Under the pieces are notes generated by a model. That model was not told the origin of the DNA. It was given only the letters and a program-made list of their open reading frames with translations, and did no database searches. A stretch of 64,000 bases of DNA from an uncultured Clostridia bacterium (GTDB lineage: Bacteria > Bacillota > Clostridia > TANB77 > CAG-508): contig CAKOPZ010000004.1 of the NCBI GenBank assembly GCA_934101145.1, positions 11,652 to 75,651 on the forward strand, given 5' to 3'. Both the position numbers and the translations under genes were made by a program. Position 1 is the stretch's first letter; each line of letters begins with the position of its first letter. Of this stretch, positions 10,311 to 19,951 are shown in pieces.

Positions 10311-10505
10311 ATGGAATACCAAATAGGAGATATAGTACAAACAAAAAAACAGCATCCATGTGGAAGTAAACTTTGGGTGATTACAAGAGTAGGAGTGGAT
10401 TTTAAACTAAAATGTCAAGGATGTGGGCATGTAGTTATGATTGAAAGGCCAAAGGCCTTAAAAATGATTGTGAAAAAAATCGAAAAAAAGACAAAAGAAA
10501 TGTAA
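10311..10505 (+). CDS. DUF951-family small protein (YyzM-like)
   Basis: HPCGS..W.ITRVG.D.KLKCQGCGH.VMIER pattern, with a good AGGAGG RBS. Confidence 0.75.
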   Translation: MEYQIGDIVQTKKQHPCGSKLWVITRVGVDFKLKCQGCGHVVMIERPKALKMIVKKIEKKTKEM

Positions 10506-10546
10506 ATTGGCGTTTGTTAATGTCAATTTGAAATTTCTAGTATATG

Positions 10547-10590
10547 AAAAAAGAAGGAAAATGCTTTTAAAACATTTCCTTCTTTTTTTA
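10547..10590. terminator. Bidirectional intrinsic terminator
   Basis: AAGAAGGAAA(A)TG / CATTTCCTTCTT stem flanked by an A-run and a T-run. It lies between convergent genes. Confidence 0.7.
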
Positions 10591-10608
10591 GGGTATATTT
10601 ATCCGAGA

Positions 10609-10878
10609 TTAGTTTGCCCGGAAAATGTAATGACCACCAAGCTTCTCAGCTTCGGCTACGAGGACAGACTTGAGGCAGACGTCATCTACAACGCTACCAA
10701 TACCAGTTACCAAAACCTTTTTAGGGTTTTTCTTACCGCTGCCATCTACAGCGTAGGGGTACTGGACATTGCTTGCCCGAGTGTGTGCCGCAAAGCTGTA
10801 AAACCTCTTGGCATCGAATTCATCGCTGAACTCGAAAGAAAAAGTGGGCTTCTTAAAGAGCTTGTTGCCATTGGACAT
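10609..10878 (-). CDS. Unknown 89-aa protein, compositionally GC-rich
   Basis: GGGGGA RBS 7 nt upstream of the ATG, a consensus promoter upstream and a terminator downstream. The overlapping + strand ORF 10507..10926 has no RBS. Confidence 0.6.
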   Translation of the reverse strand: MSNGNKLFKKPTFSFEFSDEFDAKRFYSFAAHTRASNVQYPYAVDGSGKKNPKKVLVTGIGSVVDDVCLKSVLVAEAEKLGGHYIFRAN

Positions 10879-10925
10879 ATAATTGTCCCCCTTATAAAAG
10901 AATTTGCGAAAAATCGCATAACATA

Positions 10926-10954
10926 ATTATAATACATTTAAAGGACAATGTCAA
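10926..10954 (-). promoter_or_regulatory. Consensus sigma-A promoter for the GC-rich small gene
   Basis: On the minus strand: TTGACA (10954-10949), a 17-nt spacer, TATAAT (10931-10926). An AGTCGAA 0A-like box lies at 10959-10965. Confidence 0.6.
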
Positions 10955-10974
10955 CTAAAGTCGAAAAATGTAAA

Positions 10975-11250
10975 CTAAATTCCAAGTATAATTTGTAAAA
11001 GTATAAGTAGGCCTGCTCCAGGAATACCAAGTAAACCGATAAATATAGATGTAAATATATTTATTCCTATATGAAAGGCAAAATTAGTTCCTATTGTATT
11101 TATTATAAATATCAAAATTCCTCCAAAAATAGAATTTAATATTAATTTGAAGATGCTTTTTAAAGGAATAATAAATATTTTTCCAAATATAAATAAAAAA
11201 ATAATGCAAGATAAAAAAGCTAGTATATTATTAATGTCCAAGTATATCAC
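10975..11250 (-). CDS. bofA: Pro-sigma-K processing inhibitor BofA
   Basis: 91-aa two-TM protein ending ..GLLGIPGAGLLILLQ, as I recall for B. subtilis BofA. It sits next to a yaaL-like gene, as in Bacillus. Confidence 0.75.
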   Translation of the reverse strand: MIYLDINNILAFLSCIIFLFIFGKIFIIPLKSIFKLILNSIFGGILIFIINTIGTNFAFHIGINIFTSIFIGLLGIPGAGLLILLQIILGI

Positions 11251-11306
11251 CTCTGCTAAAGTTTATGATATTACTTGGACAAATATTACTGTGCTTTGTT
11301 ATTTTT

Positions 11307-11341
11307 TATATACTAGGAAATTTCTCATTTCCTAGTATATA
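11307..11341. repeat. Perfect 15-bp-arm palindrome TATATACTAGGAAAT-ttctc-ATTTCCTAGTATATA
   Basis: Read directly from the sequence. The arms contain the TAGGAAAT / ATTTCCTA termini shared by the three peptide cassettes. Confidence 0.8.
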
Positions 11342-11411
11342 AAAATGTTATTGCCTTTGAGATTTTCTCCTTTTAGTCGAAAACTCAAATAGGCTTTGAA
11401 CAAAGGGCGAC

Positions 11412-11681
11412 CTACGTTGCTTTGCTTAAGTATATTTCAGAGGCCATATCAAGTGTTAAACCTCTATTTCTAGCTTTTTTCATTAAATAATCTAATTTTG
11501 TTTGATTTGCTTTTATTTGATATGAAAAATAATCAATAAGGCCTTCTTCTGCAAATTCGAAATTTTTGTGTGCTAAGTTGAGTTCTTGTTTTGTCTTTAA
11601 AATGCTAACTACGAGTTCTAGATCTTTTTCATCATCAGTTTTGTCTTTCACCGTTTGTTCTTTTAAATATTCTTCTGTCAT
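11412..11681 (-). CDS. DUF2508 (YaaL-like) protein
   Basis: Helical protein of ~89 aa. GGAG lies 7 nt upstream of ATG 11681 (the track start 11699 lacks an RBS). Synteny with bofA supports the call. Confidence 0.65.
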   Translation of the reverse strand: MTEEYLKEQTVKDKTDDEKDLELVVSILKTKQELNLAHKNFEFAEEGLIDYFSYQIKANQTKLDYLMKKARNRGLTLDMASEIYLSKAT

Positions 11682-11741
11682 AGTTGTTCTCCTTATCATA
11701 TTTTATTTACAAATAGTATATTCCAAAATTTCCAAAATATT

Positions 11742-12560
11742 CTAAATTATAAGGTAAATTATTATTCCAATAGATTCAACTATAAATAAATTTATCATAT
11801 TTGAAGTAAGTAAATTGCTTGTGGCTTCAACAACACCTTCTTTTTCATCTGCATGATGTTTTTGTGATTCAAAGAATGTAATTAATTCTGGAAGGCTTGT
11901 AATAATACCTAAAAGAATTCCAATAATTATTTGTGAAATATCAAATGTATTGCATAAAATCTCAAGGACATTACTTAATTGTTCACCAATAAAATAAAGC
12001 ACAATGCTTATAATAATAAGTAAGATAAAATTAAGAATTATTTTCAAATAGTTTTTATTTTTTGATATTACCTTATTCTCAATTTTATTGTCATGTTTTT
12101 TCATATACAATTTATGAGCATTATGACTTAGCCTATAAAACAAAACAAATAGAAATATAAATATTGGAACTAAAATAAAATTATGCTCTATATCAAAAAT
12201 TGCAATAAAAATAGGAATTAATATTGTGATAAGTACAAGAGATAAGTCAACTTTAATAGCTGTATTTTTTACAACATTTTGATTTTTATTTAAAAGTACA
12301 GATGCAGTATATTGAAGCACATTTATAATATTAGAACTTATAATGTTATACGTACTCGTTTCAATTAGTCCTGTAAATGCAGAAAAAGATACAGTAAGAA
12401 GTTCAGGGATAGATGTTGCAATTCCTGCAATATATCCGATTGTTTTAGGTTTTAAATTAAGCTGTGAGCTAATATTTCTTAAAATTTTTACAAGAGCATA
12501 TTTGGCAATTAAAACAATTAAAATAGAATAAACTATAAATTTTATAAATTCAAAAAACAA
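11742..12560 (-). CDS. Ca2+/cation antiporter (CaCA/YrbG-like) membrane protein
   Basis: Two alpha-repeat signatures: GIATSIPELLTV and GIITSLPELITF. Confidence 0.65.
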   Translation of the reverse strand: MFFEFIKFIVYSILIVLIAKYALVKILRNISSQLNLKPKTIGYIAGIATSIPELLTVSFSAFTGLIETSTYNIISSNIINVLQYTASVLLNKNQNVVKNTAIKVDLSLVLITILIPIFIAIFDIEHNFILVPIFIFLFVLFYRLSHNAHKLYMKKHDNKIENKVISKNKNYLKIILNFILLIIISIVLYFIGEQLSNVLEILCNTFDISQIIIGILLGIITSLPELITFFESQKHHADEKEGVVEATSNLLTSNMINLFIVESIGIIIYLII

Positions 12561-12666
12561 AGTTATTCACCTCATAAAGAGTATTGCCAAATGAAAATAT
12601 AAATATGCGTTTCATTAAAATATTATATTGATTATGATATTATCAATTTTTACTCAGGTATCGGTA

Positions 12667-12695
12667 TTGATTTTGAAGTTTATTAATGATATAAT
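12667..12695 (+). promoter_or_regulatory. Sigma-A promoter upstream of serS
   Basis: TTGATT (12667-12672), a 17-nt spacer, TATAAT (12690-12695). Confidence 0.55.
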
Positions 12696-12733
12696 TGTAC
12701 CATATTTTAGGTACAAGCTATGGAGGGAAAAAT

Positions 12734-14020
12734 ATGATAGACATTAAATTTTTAAGAGAAAATCCAGATGTTGTAAAACAAAACATCAAAAATAAATTTC
12801 AAGATCAAAAGCTACATTTAGTTGATGAGGTTATTGAACTTGATAAAAAATATAGAGAAGCAAAACAAAACGGAGATGAACTTCGTTCTCAAAGAAAAAC
12901 ACTAAGCGAGCAAGTTGGACAATTGATGAGAGAAGGAAAAAAAGAAGAAGCAGAAAGTATAAAAGAGCAAGTTAAAAAAATAAATGAAAAACTTGCAGAA
13001 AATGAAGAACAAGAAGAAAAATATTCTGCAGACATAAAAGAAAGAATGATGAAAATTCCAAATATTATGGATGCATCTGTACCAATTGGAAAAGATGATT
13101 CTGAAAATGTTGAAGTTCAAAGATTTGGAGAACCAGTAGTTCCAGAATATGAAATTCCATATCATGCAGATATTATAGATAGAGTAAATGGAATGGATAA
13201 AGAATCAGCAGGACGCACAAGTGGTGTAGGTTTCTATTATCTAATTGGAGATATTGCAAGATTACATGAAGCAATGCTTGCATATGCAAGAGATTATATG
13301 ATAAATAATGGATTTACATATGCTATCCCACCATTTATGATTAGAAGTGATGTTGTAACAGGTGTTATGAGCTTTGAAGAAATGGATGCCATGATGTATA
13401 AAATTGAAGGAGAAGATTTATATTTAATTGGTACATCAGAGCACTCTATGATTGGAAGATTTAAAGATCAAATATTAAAGAAAAATGAACTTCCAATTAC
13501 AATGACATCATATTCTCCATGCTTTAGAAAAGAGATAGGTTCACACGGACTAGAAGAGAGAGGACTATATCGTGTTCATCAATTTGAAAAACAAGAAATG
13601 ATCGTTTTATGTGAGCCAGAAGATTCTATGACATGGTATAACAAAATGTGGAAATTAAGTGTAGATTTATTTAGAAGTTTCAATGTTCCAGTAAGACAAC
13701 TTGATTGTTGTTCAGGAGATTTAGCAGATTTAAAAGTTAAATCTTGTGATATAGAGGCATGGAGCCCAAGACAAAAGAAGTATTTTGAAGTATGTAGTTG
13801 TTCTACACTTGGAGATGCACAAGCTAGAAGACTTGGAATTCGTGTAAAAGGTGAAAAAGGAAATTATTATCCTCATACATTAAATAATACTGTTGTTGCA
13901 ACACCAAGAGGACTAATAGCAGTAATAGAAAATAATTATAACGAAGATGGAAGCATAACAGTTCCAGAAGTTCTTCGTCCATATATGGGTGGAACAGAAA
14001 AAATAGTTCCAAAAAAATAA
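12734..14020 (+). CDS. serS: Serine--tRNA ligase
   Basis: N-terminal coiled coil MIDIKFLRENP.. and a class II core. GGAGGG lies upstream of ATG 12734 (the track ORF starts earlier at 12695). Confidence 0.9.
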   Translation: MIDIKFLRENPDVVKQNIKNKFQDQKLHLVDEVIELDKKYREAKQNGDELRSQRKTLSEQVGQLMREGKKEEAESIKEQVKKINEKLAENEEQEEKYSADIKERMMKIPNIMDASVPIGKDDSENVEVQRFGEPVVPEYEIPYHADIIDRVNGMDKESAGRTSGVGFYYLIGDIARLHEAMLAYARDYMINNGFTYAIPPFMIRSDVVTGVMSFEEMDAMMYKIEGEDLYLIGTSEHSMIGRFKDQILKKNELPITMTSYSPCFRKEIGSHGLEERGLYRVHQFEKQEMIVLCEPEDSMTWYNKMWKLSVDLFRSFNVPVRQLDCCSGDLADLKVKSCDIEAWSPRQKKYFEVCSCSTLGDAQARRLGIRVKGEKGNYYPHTLNNTVVATPRGLIAVIENNYNEDGSITVPEVLRPYMGGTEKIVPKK

Positions 14021-14112
14021 ATATTAAACTTGCAATGCACACTCTGATTTATTTTAGTTAGAGTGTGTATTTGTAATAAAGATAAGATATATAATGAAAG
14101 GAAAATATAAAT

Positions 14113-14709
14113 ATGATTATAAAAAATGCTGAATTTAAAATATCTGCAGTAAGTCCAAAACAATATCCTGAAGATGATATGCCAGAGATAGTCTTGGTAG
14201 GTAAATCAAATGTAGGTAAATCCTCATTTATAAATACAATGCTTAATAGAAAGAAACTTGCAAGAACAAGTAGTGAGCCAGGGAAAACAAGACAAATCAA
14301 TTTTTATGATGTAAATCATAATTTTTATTTTGTAGATTTACCTGGATATGGATATAGTAAAATGTCAAAACAAGAACAAGCAAAGGTTGGTACATTTATA
14401 GAGGAATATTTATCAAAAAGTAAAAAGATTTCACTTATAATATTTTTAATAGATATAAGACATGATCCTACTGCCAATGATAGATTAATGTATGATTATG
14501 TTGTTCGTACAGGAAGACCATGTTTAATAATTGCAAGTAAGGCAGACAAAATTGCTGTAACAAAAGTAAATGATGCAGTTGTTAGTCTTCAAGATCAATT
14601 AAATCCATTGCATGACTTTACATTTATTCCATTTTCTGCTGAAAGAAGAATTTATACAGAAGATGCATGGAAAGAAATAGAAAAATTTTTAAATGAGTCA
14701 GAAGAATAG
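14113..14709 (+). CDS. engB: Ribosome-biogenesis GTPase EngB/YsxC
   Basis: G1 GKSNVGKSS and G3 DLPGYG motifs, at the expected length. Confidence 0.85.
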   Translation: MIIKNAEFKISAVSPKQYPEDDMPEIVLVGKSNVGKSSFINTMLNRKKLARTSSEPGKTRQINFYDVNHNFYFVDLPGYGYSKMSKQEQAKVGTFIEEYLSKSKKISLIIFLIDIRHDPTANDRLMYDYVVRTGRPCLIIASKADKIAVTKVNDAVVSLQDQLNPLHDFTFIPFSAERRIYTEDAWKEIEKFLNESEE

Positions 14710-14735
14710 AAAAATATTCTAAAGGAAAGCATGAA

Positions 14736-17111
14736 ATGAAAGAAAATATAGAAAGATATAATCCAAATATTGAAGAAGGATTATCAAATAATCAAGTAGA
14801 GAAAAGAAAAAAAGGAAGGCTTGTTAATTTTGATACAACTTCTCCAACTAAAAGCATAAAGTCAATAATTATAAGCAATTTTTTTACAATATTTAATCTT
14901 ATGAATTTACTACTTGCCTTAGCCGTTTTTGCAGTTGGCGAATATAGAAATATGCTATTTATAGGTCTTGTTGTTATAAATACTGCAATAAGTACATTTC
15001 AAGAGATACATTCAAAAAGAGTGATAGACAAGCTTTCTTTAATTTCAAATACAAAAGTAAACTGCATTAGAAATGGAAAAAAAGAAAAGATTGATATAAA
15101 TGAAATTGTACTTGATGATATATTAGAATTTGAAACAGGAAATCAAATTATAACAGATTGTAAAATAGGACAGGGAGAAATTGAGGTAGACGAATCATTT
15201 ATCACAGGTGAATCAAATGCAATTACAAAAAAAGAAGGAGATATTATTTTATCTGGAAGTTTTGTAATAAGTGGTAAATGTAGAGCTCAGGTAGAACATA
15301 TCGGAGAAGATAACTTTACTTCAAAAATTTCAAAACAAACAAGGTATGTGAAAAAAGTAAATTCAGAAATAATGAATTCACTAAATAAGATAATCAAAAC
15401 AGTGTCAATTATAATTATACCTGTTGGAACTTTATTATTTTTAAACCAATATAACCTTGATGGAGGAATATTAAAAGATGCTGTGATACATACTGTTGCA
15501 GCAATAATTGGAATGATTCCAGAAGGGCTTATACTTCTTACAAGTACGGTGCTTGCAGTTAGTGTAATAAGGCTTTCAAAAAGTAATGTGCTTGTTCAAG
15601 AATTATTTTGCATAGAAACTCTTGCACGTGTTGACACATTGTGTTTGGATAAAACAGGAACAATAACACAAGGAAAGATGGAAGTAAATGATATTGTTTT
15701 AGTAAATGCAAAAAAAGATGAAATGCAAATTATTCTTAAACAAATTGGAAGTGCATCAGAGGATAGTAATGCAACAATTGAAGCAATAAGAGAAAAATTT
15801 ATTGATATCAATGAAGCTGAAAAATGGGAGGCTAAACAAAAAATTGCTTTTTCTTCAAGCAAGAAGTGGTCAGGAATTAGCTTTAAAGATCATGGAACAT
15901 ATGTAATAGGAGCACCAGAATTTGTATTAAAAGAAAAGATAGATGATTACAAGAATATAATAGAAGAATACTCAAAAGACTACAGAATGATAGTTTTAGC
16001 TCATTCAAATAATGATTTTGAAGAAAAAGAACTTCCACAAGATATAGAAGTTTTAGGGTTTGTACTTATAACTGATAAATTAAGAGAAAATGCAAAAAAA
16101 ACGATAGAATACTTTAAAAAACAAGGTGTTGATATAAGGATAATATCAGGAGATAATCCTGCTACAGTATCAAAGATTGCTAAAAAAGCTGGAGTAGAAG
16201 GTTTTGAAAATTATATAGATTGTACAACAATAAAAAGTGAGGAAGAATTAGAAAAGGCAGTAGAAAAATATAAAATATTTGGAAGGGTTACTCCAGAGCA
16301 GAAAAAGCAAATTGTGCAAGAATTAAAGAGACAAGGACATACTGTTGCAATGACAGGAGATGGAGTAAATGATATTATTGCTTTAAAAGAAGCGGATTGT
16401 AGTATTGCAATTGCCTCAGGTTCAGATGCTGCAAGAAATGTATCACAACTTGTACTTCTTGACTCTAACTTTGCATCAATGCCAAAAATAGTAGCAGAAG
16501 GAAGACGTACAATCAACAACCTGGAAAGGTCCGCATCATTGTTTTTATCAAAAACAATATATTCAACAATTCTTGCAATATTATTTGTATTTGTAAAAGC
16601 AGAATATCCATTTATGCCAATACAATTAAGTTTAATCTCACTTGTATGTATAGGAATTCCATCATTTATTCTAGCATTAGAGCCAAACAAAGAAAGAGTA
16701 AAGGGTAAATTTATAGGAAATGTTATAAGCAAATCAATTCCTACAGCATTAACTGTTATACTAAATATAGTTATTGTTTTAATATTAAATATATTTTTAA
16801 AATTACCATCACAAATATATTCTACAATATGTGTTATACTTACAGTGCTTACTGGTTTTATGCTAATTATAAAAATATCAAGACCATTTAATATTTTAAG
16901 AGGAATTTTGCTTCCAACACTTGTAGCAATTTTTGCTGGTTGTTGTTTAATATTTAAAAATTGGTTTTGCGTTGAACTTACAAAAGAATATGTAGGTTTA
17001 ATGATATTGCTTTCTGGAATAGCTGTATTTAATTTTATTATATCAAATATGGTATCAAGTAAATTGTTAAATAAGATAAGAAAGAAAAATGAAGTAAAGA
17101 TAAGCATTTAG
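14736..17111 (+). CDS. Cation-translocating P-type ATPase
   Basis: DKTGTIT phosphorylation motif, TGES-like TGESN, MTGDGVNDIIALKEAD, and 8-10 TM segments. Confidence 0.85.
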   Translation: MKENIERYNPNIEEGLSNNQVEKRKKGRLVNFDTTSPTKSIKSIIISNFFTIFNLMNLLLALAVFAVGEYRNMLFIGLVVINTAISTFQEIHSKRVIDKLSLISNTKVNCIRNGKKEKIDINEIVLDDILEFETGNQIITDCKIGQGEIEVDESFITGESNAITKKEGDIILSGSFVISGKCRAQVEHIGEDNFTSKISKQTRYVKKVNSEIMNSLNKIIKTVSIIIIPVGTLLFLNQYNLDGGILKDAVIHTVAAIIGMIPEGLILLTSTVLAVSVIRLSKSNVLVQELFCIETLARVDTLCLDKTGTITQGKMEVNDIVLVNAKKDEMQIILKQIGSASEDSNATIEAIREKFIDINEAEKWEAKQKIAFSSSKKWSGISFKDHGTYVIGAPEFVLKEKIDDYKNIIEEYSKDYRMIVLAHSNNDFEEKELPQDIEVLGFVLITDKLRENAKKTIEYFKKQGVDIRIISGDNPATVSKIAKKAGVEGFENYIDCTTIKSEEELEKAVEKYKIFGRVTPEQKKQIVQELKRQGHTVAMTGDGVNDIIALKEADCSIAIASGSDAARNVSQLVLLDSNFASMPKIVAEGRRTINNLERSASLFLSKTIYSTILAILFVFVKAEYPFMPIQLSLISLVCIGIPSFILALEPNKERVKGKFIGNVISKSIPTALTVILNIVIVLILNIFLKLPSQIYSTICVILTVLTGFMLIIKISRPFNILRGILLPTLVAIFAGCCLIFKNWFCVELTKEYVGLMILLSGIAVFNFIISNMVSSKLLNKIRKKNEVKISI

Positions 17112-17126
17112 ATTAGGGGCGATTTT

Positions 17127-17639
17127 ATGGAATTTGATAAAGAAAGAAATAATGACAGGGAATATGTGTTAGAACAAGTAAGGAAGCAAGGAATTTTGCT
17201 AGATCTTGCAAGTGATGAATTAAAAGACGATAAAGAAGTTGTTATGACAGCAATTGAGCAAGATGGAAATGTTTTAGAATTTGCAAGTAAAAGGCTAAAA
17301 GATGACAAAGAAGTTGTACTTGCATCAGTTCAAAAAGTTGGATGGACAATGTGCTATGCAAGTGATAGACTTAGAGCAGACAAAGAACTTATGCTTATAG
17401 CAGTTAAGATAAATGGACAAGAACTTTATTATGCATCACCAGATTTACGAGATAATAAGGAGACAGTACTAGAAGCGGTTACAAACAAGGGCCTTATTGT
17501 AAAATATGCAAGTAAGAGACTTAGAGCAGATAAAGAAATAATGCTTGCTGCGATTAAAAGTGATAAAAGGGCAAAAGAGTACATATCTGCTCCAATATTA
17601 TTTGAGGATGAGGATATTAAGCAAGCATTAGAGGGATAA
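17127..17639 (+). CDS. DUF4116 repeat protein
   Basis: Five tandem ~30-aa repeats of the form (A/V).Q.G..L.YAS..L(K/R)(A/D)DKE(V/I)(V/M)L.A. Confidence 0.6.
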   Translation: MEFDKERNNDREYVLEQVRKQGILLDLASDELKDDKEVVMTAIEQDGNVLEFASKRLKDDKEVVLASVQKVGWTMCYASDRLRADKELMLIAVKINGQELYYASPDLRDNKETVLEAVTNKGLIVKYASKRLRADKEIMLAAIKSDKRAKEYISAPILFEDEDIKQALEG

Positions 17640-17704
17640 AAATATAAAAGTAATAATAAAAGAATGGATTTTGTTTTAAGCAGGAACCATTCTTTTTGTT
17701 CTGA

Positions 17705-17731
17705 TGTCGAATAGTGTCGAAAAACAACGAA
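17705..17731 (+). promoter_or_regulatory. Three helically phased Spo0A-box-like heptamers
   Basis: TGTCGAA (17705), TGTCGAA (17715) and CAACGAA (17725) have start-to-start spacing of 10 bp. They lie just upstream of TTTACA-17-TAATAT (17741-17769). Confidence 0.45.
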
Positions 17732-17877
17732 CACTTTTTCTTTACAAATGCAACAAAATATAGTAATATTAATATATCTAAAAATTGCAATTTAAATCGA
17801 AAGAAAACTTTAATCTAAAAATTTATTTCTAAAGAAAAATCCAAAAATAATAAATTTAATAAAAAGGCAGGTGCTAT

Positions 17878-18528
17878 GTGGTAAAGTTTATACAAAAGCA
17901 TTTTATTAATGTATCTTTTTGTATTACACTATTTTTTATTATTGCAATAATTATTGCAGGCTTTAATATTGTTTATTTAATAGTAAAAAAATCTGATAAA
18001 AATATTAGTGAGCAATATAGCTTAGATACAAAAGCAATTGATGAAAATATAGAAAACAATATGAATGAATTAGTTGAAGAAAGTGAAAATAAAAAATATA
18101 GTGATAGTGCTAAACAAGATGATACATTATCAAAAATAAATATATATAGAACAAATAAATGGAGAATAAAAATTCCAGTATTAGGATTAGATGCACCAAT
18201 TAGTCAAGGAACAAGTAGCGAAGAATTGAGGCGAACAGTTGGACATTTTGAAGAAACGGATAAATGGGATGGAAACGTTGCTTTGGCTGCACATAATAGA
18301 GGATACAAATGTAATTTCTTTCAAGAAATAAGAAAATTGAAAGATGGAGATACAATAGTATATTCTACTGACAAAGGACAGAGACAATACAAAGTTGTTT
18401 TAAATAAGGTGATTAAGGAGACTGACTGGACTTACATACAAAATACTAAAGATAATAGATTAACATTAATTACATGCGAAATGAATAAAAGAGAATATCG
18501 AAGATGTGTACAAGCAGTGGAAATATAA
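17878..18528 (+). CDS. Sortase-family transpeptidase
   Basis: N-terminal TM, a catalytic-type LTLITCE motif and AAHN. Confidence 0.7.
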   Translation: MVKFIQKHFINVSFCITLFFIIAIIIAGFNIVYLIVKKSDKNISEQYSLDTKAIDENIENNMNELVEESENKKYSDSAKQDDTLSKINIYRTNKWRIKIPVLGLDAPISQGTSSEELRRTVGHFEETDKWDGNVALAAHNRGYKCNFFQEIRKLKDGDTIVYSTDKGQRQYKVVLNKVIKETDWTYIQNTKDNRLTLITCEMNKREYRRCVQAVEI

Positions 18529-18587
18529 GAAAAATATTAATAGATATTAAAAAAACACATACAATATTTACAAAGAAAGGATTGTAT

Positions 18588-19877
18588 ATGTTTTATCAAA
18601 TTATAATTTTATTTATTTTGATTTTATTTAATGCGTATTTTGCAGCAACAGAAATTGCATACATTTCTATAAACGAATCTAAAATAAACAAAATGTCAAA
18701 AGAAGGAAATAAAAGAGCAAAACAGATAGAAGAAATGCTGAAAAATCCAAGTAAATTTTTAGCAACAATACAAATTGGAGTAACACTTGCAGGATTTCTA
18801 TCAAGTGCATTTGCATCAGATGCTTTTGCAAATCAGTTAGCATATGAATTAAATAGACTCTTTTCAAATATTGATTTTGAATTATTAAAAGGATTTTCAA
18901 TAGTTTTCATTACTATAATATTATCTTTTTTTACATTAGTATTTGGTGAATTAGTTCCCAAAAGACTTGCTATGAAATATTATGAAAAAATAGCTTTTGC
19001 AACAATTTCACAGGTAAAGATAATTTCAAAAATTACTTCTCCTTTTGTAAAACTTCTAACATATTCAACAAATATGGTTTCAAGGATATTTGGTGTTAAG
19101 GAAAGTGAAGAAGAAATTGTTACAGAAGAAGAGATAAAAATGCTAATTGATGAAGGACAAGAAAAAGGAGCAATTGAGAAAGAAGAAAAGGAGCTTTTAA
19201 ATAATGTATTTGAGTTTAATGATATTATTGTTTCAGAAATAATGACTCCGAGAACTGATATTTTTGCAATTGAAATTAATGATGACATAAGCAAAATGCT
19301 TAATGAGATTGATGAATATAAATACAGCAGAATTCCTATATATGAGGAAACTATTGATAATATTCAAGGTGTTCTATTTGTAAAAGACATTTTAAAGGTA
19401 TTAAAGGATGGTAAAAAATTAGAAGCAAGAAATATAATGAGAACACCATATTTTGTTCCTGAATCAAAAGAAATTGATAAGCTTTTTAGAGAACTTCAAA
19501 AAAGTAAACAGCAAATGGCAATTGTAATAGATGAATACGGAGGTACAGCAGGGCTAGTGACAATGGAAGATATTATTGAAGAGCTTATGGGAAACATATT
19601 TGATGAATATGATGAAGAAGAAATAGATTATAAAAAGATAGATGAAAATACGTATTTAGTTAGTGGAAATGCTTCTCTATATGAAATAAAAAAGATAATG
19701 GGAGTAGAAATTCCAGAAGGAGATTATGAAACATTATCAGGCTTTTTACTTGAAAAACTGGGTAGAATTCCAAATGAAAATGAGGATATAGTAATAGAAG
19801 ATGGAAAACTTACTTTTAAAATTGAGGATTTTGAAGATAAAAGGATTAAATACGTGAAAATTTGTAAAAATATGTAG
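18588..19877 (+). CDS. CNNM/HlyC-CorC family transporter (DUF21-CBS-CorC)
   Basis: DUF21 TM region, a CBS pair and a CorC_HlyC C-terminus. The start is set at MFYQII.. (ATG 18588); the track ORF overlaps the sortase gene. Confidence 0.8.
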   Translation: MFYQIIILFILILFNAYFAATEIAYISINESKINKMSKEGNKRAKQIEEMLKNPSKFLATIQIGVTLAGFLSSAFASDAFANQLAYELNRLFSNIDFELLKGFSIVFITIILSFFTLVFGELVPKRLAMKYYEKIAFATISQVKIISKITSPFVKLLTYSTNMVSRIFGVKESEEEIVTEEEIKMLIDEGQEKGAIEKEEKELLNNVFEFNDIIVSEIMTPRTDIFAIEINDDISKMLNEIDEYKYSRIPIYEETIDNIQGVLFVKDILKVLKDGKKLEARNIMRTPYFVPESKEIDKLFRELQKSKQQMAIVIDEYGGTAGLVTMEDIIEELMGNIFDEYDEEEIDYKKIDENTYLVSGNASLYEIKKIMGVEIPEGDYETLSGFLLEKLGRIPNENEDIVIEDGKLTFKIEDFEDKRIKYVKICKNM

Positions 19878-19951
19878 ATAAGCTTGATAAATTGTTAAAA
19901 TAAATATAAAATATTAGTATGAAATTTATATAACAAAGGAGAGATTTTTAT

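Noticed and set aside
10507-10926. 139-aa plus-strand ORF overlapping the GC-rich small gene
   Set aside because: It has no RBS and starts 1 nt after the DUF951 stop. It also runs through the bidirectional terminator. The minus-strand frame has the promoter, RBS and terminator.
12570-12733. T-box leader upstream of serS (and of gltX)
   Set aside because: No specifier-loop or T-box (..GGTGGTACCGCG-like) sequence and no terminator/antiterminator pair is present. gltX has only 30 nt of upstream spacer.
16211-17107. 298-aa minus-strand ORF
   Set aside because: It lies entirely antisense to the well-supported P-type ATPase gene and has a Ser/Ile/Phe-rich shadow composition.
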